DNA of 64,000 bases from contig OZ025787.1 of NCBI GenBank assembly GCA_964019425.1, forward strand, positions 868,001 through 932,000. Reading direction: 5' to 3'. A program made the translations under genes and the position numbers. This document shows positions 37,940-49,925 of this stretch, piece by piece; position 1 is the first letter of the stretch; each line of letters opens with the position of its first letter. This DNA comes from Flectonema sp. DT1601 (lineage: Eukaryota). The notes under the pieces are model-generated. The model was not told the origin of the DNA. It worked only from the letters and a program-made list of their open reading frames with translations, and made no database searches.

Positions 37940-38249
37940 TCGACCGTGGAACATGGAGTTAAGTGAAGAGAAAACACATTTCGTTACCAACTTATAACAA
38001 ACTCGGGAAGCCAGATACTACACAAGAAACTATTATATAGAGATCCAGTATAAAAGTTCATCATATTCTCATCATCATTGACTATTAGTATGTAATACTA
38101 AGTTAACACATAAACATGACTCACATAATTTGCTCAATCGGAGGTGTTATAAAATAAAGTATTTGAAATGGTCCTCACATAAATAAAATTTTAACATACC
38201 AAAGGGAATAGAGTTTCTTCATTAAACGTTAAAAAAGGGGAATTTGGGT

Positions 38250-38285
<36 letters not shown>

Positions 38286-38537
38286 GTGCATAATGTTCAT
38301 TATTGAGGACCCGACAGGTGGGTTTTGTGGCCATGGCCCCTCCTATTAATTTACCATTTTTTTTTTTTTTGTACCACGTTATACGTTTCACTGGAAATGT
38401 GAAGAACTCCGTAACTATTCCTCAAGTGAATATTCGCTGCCTCAAATTCAAAACTTTCTTTGAATTAGAAAGAAGTACTTGCTAGGCCAACAATTCACGT
38501 CAGGTAAAGTAAGTGTAAATAGAGTTCTTCCTTCCAG
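37173..38537. repeat. Intergenic direct duplication of ~530-570 bp (copies ~37173-37705 and ~37968-38537)
   Basis: Both copies share TTTCGTTACCAAC...CGGGAAGCCAGATACTACACAAGAAACTAT. The last ~190 bp (CTCCTATTAATTTACC...AATAGAGTTCTTC) are identical apart from T-run length. Confidence 0.9.
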
Positions 38538-38901
38538 ATGGTGGTTATTTTTTTTTTTTTAAACTCAATTTTTGTATTTGTGTTTTTTTTTTTTTAAAAA
38601 ATAAAACAAAATCGGGAAGTGGGGAAGGAAAACCAACAACGTTCTCGAGACTTACTTATAGTACTATTTCTTTTCACTAACTACTACTTATGTACAGTAT
38701 CATACTGCTATTTCATACTACTTTATCGAAGGCAAGGCGTTTAAAAGTTGTCCATAAACCAGTCAGTCTAGGGAGACGCTTGATGACCACAATCGTCTCG
38801 CTTGGCTACTAGTTTGTAGATACTTTAAATAAAAAAAAAAAGTTTTTTTTTTTGAAATTATTTTTCTCATACTCAAAGAGGGTAGTTGAATTTATTTTTT
38901 A

Positions 38902-40308
38902 CTAAAGCTCTAGTTCATCATTTGGAAGCAATGCTGGAAGTCTGAAGCTCTTAGATTTCTCTTCATAAGGAATGTTAGGACAAGTTGGATTGCAGCAGTT
39001 CTTGTATGGCTTTGTGTAATTTGGTGACCATAGACAAGGAAGACGAACTACTCCTTTTTCAGCTCCAGTATACCAACGGTGAAGAGATTCCTGAAGAGAA
39101 ACACCATCAACTTCAACAGTTCTCCAGTATGTCGATAAACCATCTTCAGGACCTAAATGACAACTGTGCATGATTCCTCCATTTGTTGGTTTTGTTAAGA
39201 TACCCGGCTCAGTGAATGTCTGATTTGTGTAGTTGATGTAAGGGTTAACGAAATTAGCAATGTAGTCCGGTGGACATTCCCAACCGTATTCTACACAAAT
39301 ATGAAGAGATCCATCACGAGGATCACATTCCATAATCCAACCATGCCAGTTAGGATCGTAAGCCATCTTTCCATTAACGAGGCAGAATGATCCCCAGGTA
39401 CCCCAAGCTTGTTCCATAGCAAAGAATTTTGTTCTTTTAATTAAAGCAAACCCGTTTGTACTTATCATACACTTCCACTGCTCTGATGGTTTGTACTGCG
39501 CTAAGCAATCTTGGTTTACCCCACCAGTGACGTTTGCGTATTCCCAAACACCAACTTGTGGTAGCTGACTCTTAATTGCTGGGAATGCAGTTGTTGTGTT
39601 ACCTCCAAACCAAATACCGAATACGTCACCAACCCAGTAACCATTCCACTCAGGCCAGAACCCATCAAGAAAGATTGCTCTGTAGTCTAAGACGCCTACC
39701 TGATCTAAAAAGAAATCAGAGAATCGATCACTGTAGTGGTACAGTGCTTGTGCACCTCCAACAACACCATTCATAATGACTTCACTTTTTGAATTGAATT
39801 TAAGATCTGTTGAGATCTGAGTAAGTGTTGAGTTTATGACGCGCTGTCCTCTGAACTTGATGGTGCGATTGCCTGCGGTTTGATCAGTGTTACCAAGCCA
39901 GTTGGCAGCGTCACATGAGACGATCAAAACCTTGTTGAAATCACAGAAGTCAGGGTTATCCGTACAATTCGTTGATAACATTCCACCTGTTCCTAAGAAT
40001 TGAGAACCATTCAAAGAAGTTGGAATAGGTTTAGGTGTGACACCAATAGTACCAGCTAACATATCACAATTCCCTAATGTCTTGCTCTGGTTCACTTTTC
40101 CAGGTGGAAAACACCAAATCATCCCAGCCTGGTTGTTTAACATTATAATCTGCCATTTGTCTGCGTATGCTGCGTTGGTTGTTTTTGCCAAATAATATCC
40201 AGCCTGAGCACCATTACTGCATAATGCTTCCTTATCATCCAGTAGTTTAAGGTTAAGTGTTTGTGAGGCACTTAACACTGCTGCCAATAGTAGAAGTAGT
40301 GGTCGCAT
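38902..40308 (-). CDS. Secreted pectin acetylesterase/Notum-like alpha/beta-hydrolase homolog, possibly inactive
   Basis: Signal peptide, then ALCSNGAQAGYY, NPDFCDFNKV...CD, FRGQRVI and C-terminal CNPTCP, all typical of the PAE family. Confidence 0.75.
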   Translation of the reverse strand: MRPLLLLLAAVLSASQTLNLKLLDDKEALCSNGAQAGYYLAKTTNAAYADKWQIIMLNNQAGMIWCFPPGKVNQSKTLGNCDMLAGTIGVTPKPIPTSLNGSQFLGTGGMLSTNCTDNPDFCDFNKVLIVSCDAANWLGNTDQTAGNRTIKFRGQRVINSTLTQISTDLKFNSKSEVIMNGVVGGAQALYHYSDRFSDFFLDQVGVLDYRAIFLDGFWPEWNGYWVGDVFGIWFGGNTTTAFPAIKSQLPQVGVWEYANVTGGVNQDCLAQYKPSEQWKCMISTNGFALIKRTKFFAMEQAWGTWGSFCLVNGKMAYDPNWHGWIMECDPRDGSLHICVEYGWECPPDYIANFVNPYINYTNQTFTEPGILTKPTNGGIMHSCHLGPEDGLSTYWRTVEVDGVSLQESLHRWYTGAEKGVVRLPCLWSPNYTKPYKNCCNPTCPNIPYEEKSKSFRLPALLPNDELEL

Positions 40309-40759
40309 TTTCTTTTTTCAAACTGAAAACCGAAAGGAAATATAAACTGTGTGGAAGAACAGGCTACGAATGTAAAACAGATGTCGCAGTCATCATTGCT
40401 GATAATTAAAACTTGAAAGAAAATAAATGTACTCAACAAGTCTCTATACAAAATAACTACGTACGGTGCAGCAAAGCTACAGAGAGCGGAAAGAAAAAGG
40501 GAAAAAAGACTCAAATCAACGTGGCATTCTAAAAGAACCAAATAAAAGAAAAACCACAGTGCACTAGAAAAAAAAAAAAAAAAGTAAAATCTAAAAATAA
40601 GAAAACTCTGATCTCTTTCGCTAATTTTCTAAATCTAATCGTCTGTCTTGTTCTTAATTAATATCATCTAAAAAAATATATGAAAAGAAAACAATCTACC
40701 ATCAGCGAGCTTATAGAAAACAATCTCCAAAACTAAAGTAGTTAGTAGCGTCACACTTC

Positions 40760-43518
40760 TCATAACGAAGTATCACTCCTTGCAGGAGTGATCAGATCGT
40801 TAAATCGAAAGTCGTTTGAATTACGAGGCAGCGACGGAACAGAGTAAGACGGCGGAGCAGTCTCAGGAACATGATCAACAAATTGATCGCTCGTTTCTGG
40901 TTCAGGTGGGTCAACTGGGAGAGGATCTTGTTGTGTTGTTTGATAAGAAGAAGAATACGGAACATGATGAGAAAGAGGTAAGATATCATCTGTTAAACTT
41001 GTAACACTATTACTAGTAGCAGGATAACGAGTTCCTGTAGCTGATGATGTTCCAATAAAACGAAGACCAGTACTTCTGACTGGATAGACGTCTACATTAT
41101 CATCAGCTGCTTCTGATAGTGACTCTTCATCAAAGTCTTCTTCATCATCATTCTCATATTCAAAGTCGTAGTTGTTGTACGCTGATGGCGCTGATGGCGC
41201 TGATGGTACAGAATTCTGATTTTGAGGGCTGCTTTCCATTTCTGGTGAAGCCAATCGCTGCTGACTATTCTCAACTATTGGCATTGAGTTACCGGCCTGC
41301 AACACTCTCACTATCTCAAACAACTGTTCAACTTGATTTTTTAAATTTTTAATTTCATTTCTGTCTGAAATCCTCTCTCTTTCTATACGTTCCTCACGTT
41401 CCCTGCTAACCCTTTCTCTTTGTAGTTGTTTGCGATGTTCTTGAAATAGCTTACCGACTTCTAAGCGAGCCTTATACGCTCGTATTCCTTTTTGCAACAT
41501 ATTAATATGCTTGAAGTATCTCCTACAATGTTCATCATATCTCATTTTGATTTTTGCGTATCTCACTCTTGCTCTATGACCTCTGTAGAAGGATTGAATT
41601 TTTTTAGCAGCAGAAACTCGTAGGCAGTTGATGGCTGTTTTCATTCTTATGTTCTCCCGAAGTAAATCATCGACTCCACGCATCAGTCGCGGAATCATAT
41701 TAATGAGATTTTGGTTTCTGTTTTTCTTTAGCACCACTCGAGTTTTGTGACCTCTCCAAACAGCCTGAATAGTAAGTGCGCAATACAGGAATAAATTACG
41801 TTCTTGAAAACGAGTGTGAACGAGGTAGCGACGACAATATTTTTGAATGATGGTTGCTGCTCTGCTGGCGGTATTCTTTCGTCTGCAGGGTTGTGGGGCC
41901 GAAGCTGGAACCACAGTGAATGGAAACAATAACTTCATCTGCTGTCGAATGTTGACCGTTTTCGAATGTGCAATAACCTTGTCAACCCAAGAGAGACCAG
42001 TTTGCTGCTTCTTAGTACATCCTTTTGGCCATCCCCAGATTGACATATTCTTCAGTCGCATTAACATTTCTGGGGGTAGGTGACGCTGTTGCATCCGAGC
42101 TCGAAACCATACTATAATTGTGGTGGCTGCTAGATATCTTTTATTCATATGAGCTCTGTGTAAAATTCTAATCACCTGCGACATTTCTTTGACTTTTTGT
42201 TTCATGGCTGGGAGATCCTTGTGTGTAGCAGCTGGTGGAGTTGGTTGTTGCTGCTGTTGCTGTTGCGGCTGCACCTCTGCTACGACAGGAACCATAAGTG
42301 GTATTCTCTCTAATAGATACTCGTGAAGCTCTGTAGACTCTGGAGGACCAGTATCTATTAAGAGTGCTTCATTACAAGTACCTCCTCCCTGATCAACAAA
42401 TAGAGATGAGGCTGCGTTTATATCATCGATAGTAGTTTGCTTTCCATCTATCAATGACAACATTGGACACAACCACAAACAGAATAATCGAATATCGATA
42501 TTAAGATGAGAACAGAACGGGTTTCCTGATAAGTCTAGAGTCTCAAGATTTTCAAATCCAGCAAGGTGCTTGACGTCACTCCAGTTTGTTATCTTATTTC
42601 CAGATATTCCAAGTCGGTTTACAGTGCTCCAAACATCAACTCCAAGGTCATCCATAAAGTCTTCTAACGTGGTTAACTTATTCATATCTAATAATAGTTC
42701 AGTTATTTCTGTACATCCTGTCAGTCTCGGTGCTCTAATTAGTTTGTTGCTGCGTAGGTTGAGGTTTTTCAAGTTAGAGCAATTCATAATGCAGTCTTCA
42801 GGTATCGAAGATAAATTATTACTTTGTAGTTCTAATGTCTGTAAACAAGAGAGTCCGTAGAATGCTCCAGGCTCTGTTTTATTATTGATTACAGTTATCG
42901 TATATAACTTCACACAGACACTATGACTAACATACCGAGTTTACTTATACGGCAATCAGACAACATGATGGATTGTAAGTTGCGAAATGCAGATAATCGC
43001 GGTACCTTCTGAAATCTGTTTTTTTTTTTTTTGTATTCTCAAAACATTCAACTTCTTAAACAGGATCAAGAATTATAAACAACAACAACATACCGACACT
43101 GCTGAGTGATGATTTGTTTAATGCCACGGGACACGCCCTCGAGGGAGTCGGAAAGCGATTCAGAACTGCGGATGTTCGCAACAGATTGCTGCTGAGTTGG
43201 TTGTTGGTACTGTCTCTGAGATTGCTGCTGCTGCAGTTGCTGTTGTTGCTGCTGCTGCTGCAGTTGCTGTTGCTGCTGCTGCTGCAGTTGCTGTTGTTGC
43301 AACTGCTGTTGCTGCATTTGCTGTTGTTGTTGTTGCGCTACCCAAGCCGTAGGATCAGCATACTGAGGCTGCTGTCCAACCCCGGGCAATAACTGTCTCT
43401 GCGTCGGCCTCTGACTCACCGGCACTTGCCCACTCTGAACTTGAACACCACCTCCAAAAGCTTGTGGAGGTTGAGCGGCTGGAACAACAACTGGTGCCGG
43501 CATTGGATGATTCTGCAT
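40760..43518 (-). CDS. LRR + IQ-motif protein (CEP97/LRRIQ-like architecture) with N-terminal polyQ, ~872 aa; exons 43518-43094, 43015-42936, 42873-40760
   Basis: Introns 43016-43093 and 42874-42935 give continuous LRRs (LQSNNLSSIP, LRSNKL, LDLSGNPFC cap). IQ motifs include IQAVWRGHKTR and IQSFYRGHRAR. Confidence 0.82.
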
Positions 43519-44290
43519 ACCCCCCGGGGGTACTCTGAAGGGGGTAAGTTTGATAAAAGGAAACAAATGCTAACAAGTATACTACGAATCCAGAGAATTA
43601 ACCATAAAGCCAACTTCTACCTGGGGGAGAAAGCCACTATTTATCCAACGAAGAGAATATCCAACCCGTTTATTAGGTCTTTACTATTCTATCTTTGAAC
43701 TTGTTCCAAACACGAACTCGCAGATAGAACCAAAAATACTTTGAAACAGTTAGTTAAATGAGAAAGTCGTGGCACTTTGTAAACTTCAAAAGAAAAAACA
43801 CAATACGCAACGTATCAATTTCGACAAAGAAATGTAAAAAGAGAAGCAGGAAAAAAACCAGACAAGGCACAATTGAACGAAACAAGCCGTAAAGACAACC
43901 CTTCAGATAAAAATAAATAAAATAATTGAATGAAACGAAAAATAGAGCAACTTACTCACTCATGTAATTAGCATTAATGGGAATGAACATCACATTTATT
44001 CCTTCATAGAATTATACATCAGACAACTGGCAGGATTGACCAACAGGAAGTACCCCTCAGATTTATATAACAACAGTAATTGTATCTCCTGGGAGTGAAG
44101 GGACTATTTTGTTGGATCACGTGCGAGTATCACAAAACTAGATAAAACTAATAATCTGTTTCGTGCTAAGGTTAAGGCTAGAATAGGAAGGGAATCATAA
44201 CTTAGTACAGAGCTACGTAATGAGCAAAACATTATTCGCGTGGTTAAAAGACTTCAGAGGACAGAGTGTAAAACAGAGTCAGGTTTTAGC

Positions 44291-45265
44291 TTAACTGGTC
44301 GGCGGTGGTGGTGCATCAGATTTCTTTCCAAGAAGCCCTTGCAACTTCTTCATACCCCCCACAGCAAGAGCAGCTGTCTTGCCAGTGATATTGTGCTTAG
44401 AGTCGATCTCCTTCGCCTTTGTAGATGCTGATGAGGCAGCAGACGACACTTTAGTAGTAATATGATATTGTTGATTTAGTTCCTTTGCTTTTGTTACGGC
44501 ACCAGATGCTGCATGGCCTGCCTTATCGGTAATTCCGTACTCTTTGTTTACTTCTTTTGCTTTACCGTAGGCCGTACAAGCAGTTTGACCCGTAGTTTTC
44601 GCAACGTCTCCTACTGGACCTTCTCTCGTAGCAGCGTAGCACATCGCACCTGCTCCAGCAACAGCAATTATCGGTCCTGAAACTAATAAACCTACTCCTG
44701 CTCCTACAGCAGCACATCCAGCTAAGGTTCCAGTACCTCCAGCTTTTGTCGTTGCTTGTTTTGCACCTTGGGCGGCACTAACAACTTTTCCGACCTTATC
44801 AGGATTTTCCGCAGCGTACTTCATCGCTTTCGCTGCTGTTTGTGGATCAACTTGATTTGCGACCTGCGCTGCGTGTTGCATTTTTTGAATGTCACTAATT
44901 GGTTGAACAGGTGCTGGAGCTTGTTGCACTGGAGCTGGTACCTGTTGCACTGGCTGCGGAACCGGGTTGGTGTGTTGCGGCAAGTTAGTATGTTGCGGCA
45001 GGTTAGTGTGCTGTGGCAAGTTAGTATGTTGCGGCAGGTTAGTATGCTGCGGCAGGTTGGTGTGTTGCGGCAGGTTCGTGTGTTGCGGCAAGTTAGTATG
45101 CTGTGGCAAGTTAGTAGTATGCTGCGGTAAGTTAGTGTGTTGCGGCAGGTGAGCAAACTGGTTACCCGCTACATAAGTTCTCTGAATTTCACTGAGTGTA
45201 GGTGCGGTAGCAGGCACGTCAGACTTCTTCTGATCGTTATGTTGTGGTGTTTCATCAAATCCCAT
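44291..45265 (-). CDS. Hypothetical protein (324 aa) with 10 LPQHTN repeats and a Gly/Ala-rich hydrophobic hairpin
   Basis: ATG at 45265 (MGFDET); hydrophobic segment AVGAGVGLLVSGPIIAVAGAGAMCYAA; K/A-rich amphipathic repeats follow. Confidence 0.75.
   Translation of the reverse strand: MGFDETPQHNDQKKSDVPATAPTLSEIQRTYVAGNQFAHLPQHTNLPQHTTNLPQHTNLPQHTNLPQHTNLPQHTNLPQHTNLPQHTNLPQHTNLPQHTNPVPQPVQQVPAPVQQAPAPVQPISDIQKMQHAAQVANQVDPQTAAKAMKYAAENPDKVGKVVSAAQGAKQATTKAGGTGTLAGCAAVGAGVGLLVSGPIIAVAGAGAMCYAATREGPVGDVAKTTGQTACTAYGKAKEVNKEYGITDKAGHAASGAVTKAKELNQQYHITTKVSSAASSASTKAKEIDSKHNITGKTAALAVGGMKKLQGLLGKKSDAPPPPTS
44966..45149 (-). repeat. Coding 18-bp minisatellite, 10 copies (LPQHTN)
   Basis: Directly visible. 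One unit carries a 3-bp insertion and the variation is otherwise synonymous. Confidence 0.95.
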
Positions 45266-46712
45266 TTTCTCTTTTTTTTTGTTGTGAAATGTTACTGAAG
45301 ACAAACAAGAGTTAGTTACACCGACAGAATGGTACGACACCGAATGGTATCCTCAAAATCACAACGTCATCTCTGCAAAGCTCATATTTCTTCACCTTGA
45401 ACAGGAACTACAATTAATAACATTTTACATACGTCCGGTTTGGGGAACAGTACCACAACGGGCGACTGAAAACACATGCCGTCAGAAGTCATTGATCATT
45501 TTTATTCTGTTCACTAGTAGCTCCACAATTTCTTTTTTTTTTTTTTCCAAGAATGCCAATAGGGAATGACCAGGCAGAAACCGCAACTATCCCGAAGATC
45601 AGGTTTTTCTTTGCGAAGCGAAGGCAGCTATCGGTGCCGACTATTTTTGGCGACGCTCGCGGTTAGTATCATTAATTTTAGTATGGAAAAGTTAGGTTAC
45701 TAAATAAAACACGAGAAAATAAAGAAATAAAGACGGGGAAATCTTTGCATGTGAGCCAATTAAAGAAAAGTGTTACGGCTAAACATTCATTTTATTATTT
45801 TTTTCAGTTTGAGTGTTTTTTTTTTTGACTTATGGAGAGCAGGACCATGGAGGCATCGTATGAAGACACTCATACAGTAATCCATACAGACAATAAATGA
45901 CATAGAAAGGTGCAACATTCGAAAGAAAAGCAGGTAACACGTGAGGATAGAAAATGTTGATTGGAATTAAATGAAAGTGTTCGGCAGCTCGTCAACTGAC
46001 GGCGCTCTGGATCAAAAAGTAGGGTTGTCTGCTTCTGTTATTTTAATAAATATGAGACTTAAGGATTTTACTCTTTTTTTTTTTTTTTCGTTTTTTCCTC
46101 TTTCAGGATGCATAAGGGCGATAAACAACTTTATTTTTTTAACCATTGCTTTTTTTTTTTTTTTAGTGTAATAAGTCAACTGAGGTTGGGTTGGGTAACG
46201 ACATCTTCCTCTCGCCCTACTATAAAATAATTATTGAGGAGTATAGTGACTGGTGAAAATTCACAAAAAAAAATAAATAAATAAACACTTATTGATGTGA
46301 GGTTTTTGCAGCAAAACTGGGTCACATCACCTTTTTATATTTTAAGCGTAAGATTCCTTTCCACGAACCAATGCTTGGATATATAATTTTTTTTTATTTT
46401 TATTTTAAAAAATAGAACAACCGATTGCTTAATACAAAAGGGGAATAAAAGAAGAAAAAAGAGAGACGATGGTAATACCGGAGCGTTTCTGAACCGACTT
46501 ACGAAACATCATCTACAGAAAGAAAAAGAAAAAGTTGTTAGCACTAGCAACGCGTTGATTGCGTAACACTAGTAACAAGAGAGTATTTATTAACAAAAAC
46601 AGCGCTCCAGCCCCGTCTGTTCACATCAGAGTTTGATTTGACAAACAGGTTGTTGGTATAGTTTTGGTTTTATTACTATGAAAGAAAGTGATTATATATA
46701 TCGAAGCGACAC

Positions 46713-47297
46713 TCATATAACTTTGATAGGAGTCGGGGACGTATGTAAAGCAGCAGCCAGAGAATTAACAATGGGTGCCTGAAGAGGAGGAATTGGAGGT
46801 GGGATTCTTCGAGGGAACTTATCTAAACGCAGCCATATTGTGCAGGTCATTGGATCGTAAGCGATGGTTCGACGTTTGGTGCTGCCTAACCATTTTATTA
46901 CTCCACTTGATTCCTTTGGATTTGGTGATCCATTTGATATAACGGCGTAGTCAAAGTTGTTAGATTTCTGTAGGAGAGTATCAAGGAAGGTTTCTTCAGT
47001 TATCTTTTCGCAGTTGGGATATTTCTTTGTGAGGCAACGTTCTACTTCGTAGCGTGGATTTAGGAGAACAAGTCCACCAAATGCATCCAAATTAACACCA
47101 ACTTCACTAAATATAGCAATCGTATTCAATAACACGTCATCATCATCTGCACCACCTGGAACTGCTACTGTTACTTCTCTCTTTGGTACTTCTCGATAAC
47201 GTCTTCCTCTCTTTCCTTTCCAGATATTCTTACACATACATTGCTCTGGATATTCCTTATCGGCACTTAGGGTTCCAAAAGGACAACTCGCCCCCAT
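46713..47297 (-). CDS. Hypothetical protein, 194 aa
   Basis: ATG-initiated ORF with balanced composition in otherwise homopolymer-rich DNA. Confidence 0.65.
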   Translation of the reverse strand: MGASCPFGTLSADKEYPEQCMCKNIWKGKRGRRYREVPKREVTVAVPGGADDDDVLLNTIAIFSEVGVNLDAFGGLVLLNPRYEVERCLTKKYPNCEKITEETFLDTLLQKSNNFDYAVISNGSPNPKESSGVIKWLGSTKRRTIAYDPMTCTIWLRLDKFPRRIPPPIPPLQAPIVNSLAAALHTSPTPIKVI

Positions 47298-49925
47298 GGC
47301 TGTATCTTTTTTTCCTGCCGTTTCTTTTTTTTTTTCTTCTGATCTGCTACTTATCTAACTCTCTGAAAAACAGTTGTTGTTATAGACGATGATGAGGGGC
47401 GTCAGCTTTTCATTTTATATTATGAGACTTCAAGGGGAATAGAGAACCGTGCAACCATCAGATTGAAGAATTAAATTAGATTTTCAGCAATTCCAACAAA
47501 CTAATTTCGTAAGAACTAACTAACTGTCGGGTCACTGTGGGAGGAGGGGACGGTAGAGTATAACGAGGATAAAAAAAATACTGCGGGATCAAGGTTCACA
47601 ATTTTAAAAAATAAACATTGTCAGAAACACGCAAACCCCGCTTTTTTTTTTTTTTTTTTTTTTTTTTTCACAAATTTGTTGTCAGGAAAATAATAAAAAT
47701 TTTAAAAATAAAATAAAAAAACAGCAACGAAAAACGGGGAACCCATAAAAACACTGCCGGCAGGTTCAACCCGGTAGTCGACAAGTTAGTTCTACTGCAT
47801 TGCAGCGACGTCTGTTTCTTGTTTCTTGTTTCTTGCACATTAAGTCAGATGACTTTTGATTTTTTTATTTGCCTGTGAAGGTATATCCAAGGCATGAAAC
47901 TAGCTTTTTTTTCTTTTTTTATTCTGACGAAAAATAACTATAAAAAAAATTAAAAAAAAAAAAAGGAATCGAAATGACATCAGCCAGAAATCGTCTTACT
48001 CTACCTTCCGAAAGAATGCTAATTCTTAAAAATAAGAATGTTTACAACAACTTGCACACCTTTTTTTTTTTTTTTGACAATTTCAAGAATGGCTCTCGAG
48101 ATACAAGTGAAGTACCGCACGATTGCAAATTCTCACAAGAAATAACTCACACATGCTTGCTACAACGAAAGAAAAAAAACTCCTAAGCTTTTAGACATGG
48201 AAGGGCTACAGTTGGCAAAAGAATTGTGAACATCTTTTTTGAACCACTACCGAAACTATGGAAGAAAAAGAAGAAAAAAGGAACATTAACAAACAAAGTA
48301 AGTGGGATGGATGACAGATACTTACAAACTGTTGTCTTAGCTGTCGAGAAAATAACTAACGAAAGCAGACCGCATATCATCAATGAGTTAACAATGTCCC
48401 TTGCAAAGGGGTACTTTTTTTTATAAAAACCGTCGGCTAAACAACCAAACAATTCAACATGATGGCTTTCTATTTGTGCTGATGTTGTCGAAGGGGGAAT
48501 TCAACTTATTCAGCAAAAAAAAAAAAAAAACGATAAATTTGTTGTTCTATGCTTAACCACATAGCTAACGTATTGATCTCCGAGTTGTTTCCAATAAGTA
48601 TATCGAAGCTAACTGGAAAAGGAGCTATGTGATTATAGTTCTTAATAATCTTGTTAAAATCCTAATAAGGTAAACATTCTAAAGTGGTTTTGCTGAAGGC
48701 AATCCTTTACTTAATTCGCAATGGGAAAATGGGAGAGGTAGCTTACGCACAATTGTGGATTTTTTGTTTGTCGTGAAAAAAATGGTTTACAATTATCGCA
48801 AACACGTACATAACAGGAAAAATAAATAGCCAATATTAAAGATAGAAGAAAAAACTCACCACTACCGATTATCTGCGGAACAGAGCTCCCCGAAGGCAAT
48901 CGCCGCTAGAGGAAGCAAAGACACGTTAACTTCTGGGCTTCGTTGCCTAAGACGACGAACAAGAAGAAGCTTCTTTTTCTTTATTTGTACCTATACTCCG
49001 TTTTTTTTTTTTTTTTTTTCTTCCTTTTTTTTTTTCTCGAAAAAATATCCGTCAGGAAATTTATCACGTTTTATGTTGCTTTATGTTCCATTTTTTTTTT
49101 TTTGTTCGGTTTTATTTTGTTTTTTTTTCTTAAATAACGAGTGTCACCATCCCTCCTTCGTAGTTTTCTGTAACTTCCAGGATGGGTGAATGAACCAAAA
49201 AATTAAAAAAATCATTCGCCTTACAATTAGCAGGGAAATAGAATCCTTTTCATTTTTCATACTTTTTTTTTAGTTTTTTGATAGTACTTTTTGATACTTT
49301 TTTTTTTTATGCAAGTCATACAGGCACATAAACAATTTTTTTTTTCTTTCTTTTCCCCATTCTTTCAACTTTTTAGAACACGTTCCTGAGACACAACCAA
49401 CCGGGTAACTCGCTAACAACAAAGAACCCAACTCTTACAACCCCCCCGTGCTAAAGGGACGGGAAGAGGAAAGTAGAAGCAAAAAGTGGGGAAAAAAAAA
49501 CTTACGAAATGATTGGGCATCAAGCGAAGAAAAAGAAGAGAAAAAATAAACAGAGCATCGTGCAATTATTACTATGTTGCCAAAAAAAAAAAAAAGAGGG
49601 GGAAAAAAAGCGGCAAGTAGAGGAAGCAACTTAAATGTGTTTTTTTTTCTTTTTTTTTCTTGTTAAATTGAGAAGCGTACACACAATAAGCCAAATACCC
49701 AAAAAAAAAACAAATCGTTAGCACTGAGTCGGCCTACAAACGTGTATAGCTCTGAGACTCGTGTACCTACAATGTATGCATAATGGATATTTTCTTTTTT
49801 AAAAATGCGGCGCGGGAGCTATTTTTTGATTGCTACTAACCATGTATCGTGTCACTTCCATCTCAAGTATAAAAAGACAATGCAGCAGGACATCCCTTAT
49901 AGAGAAGAATGAACCTGTCTGCAGA

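Noticed and set aside
44967..45152. Cys-rich (LVCCGR)n plus-strand ORF resembling a metallothionein
   Set aside because: It is the antisense shadow of the LPQHTN repeat; variation is synonymous only in the minus-strand frame.
47400..49900. Short F/K-rich ORFs here and in 59900-64000
   Set aside because: They are translations of poly(T)/poly(A) tracts with no protein-like composition.
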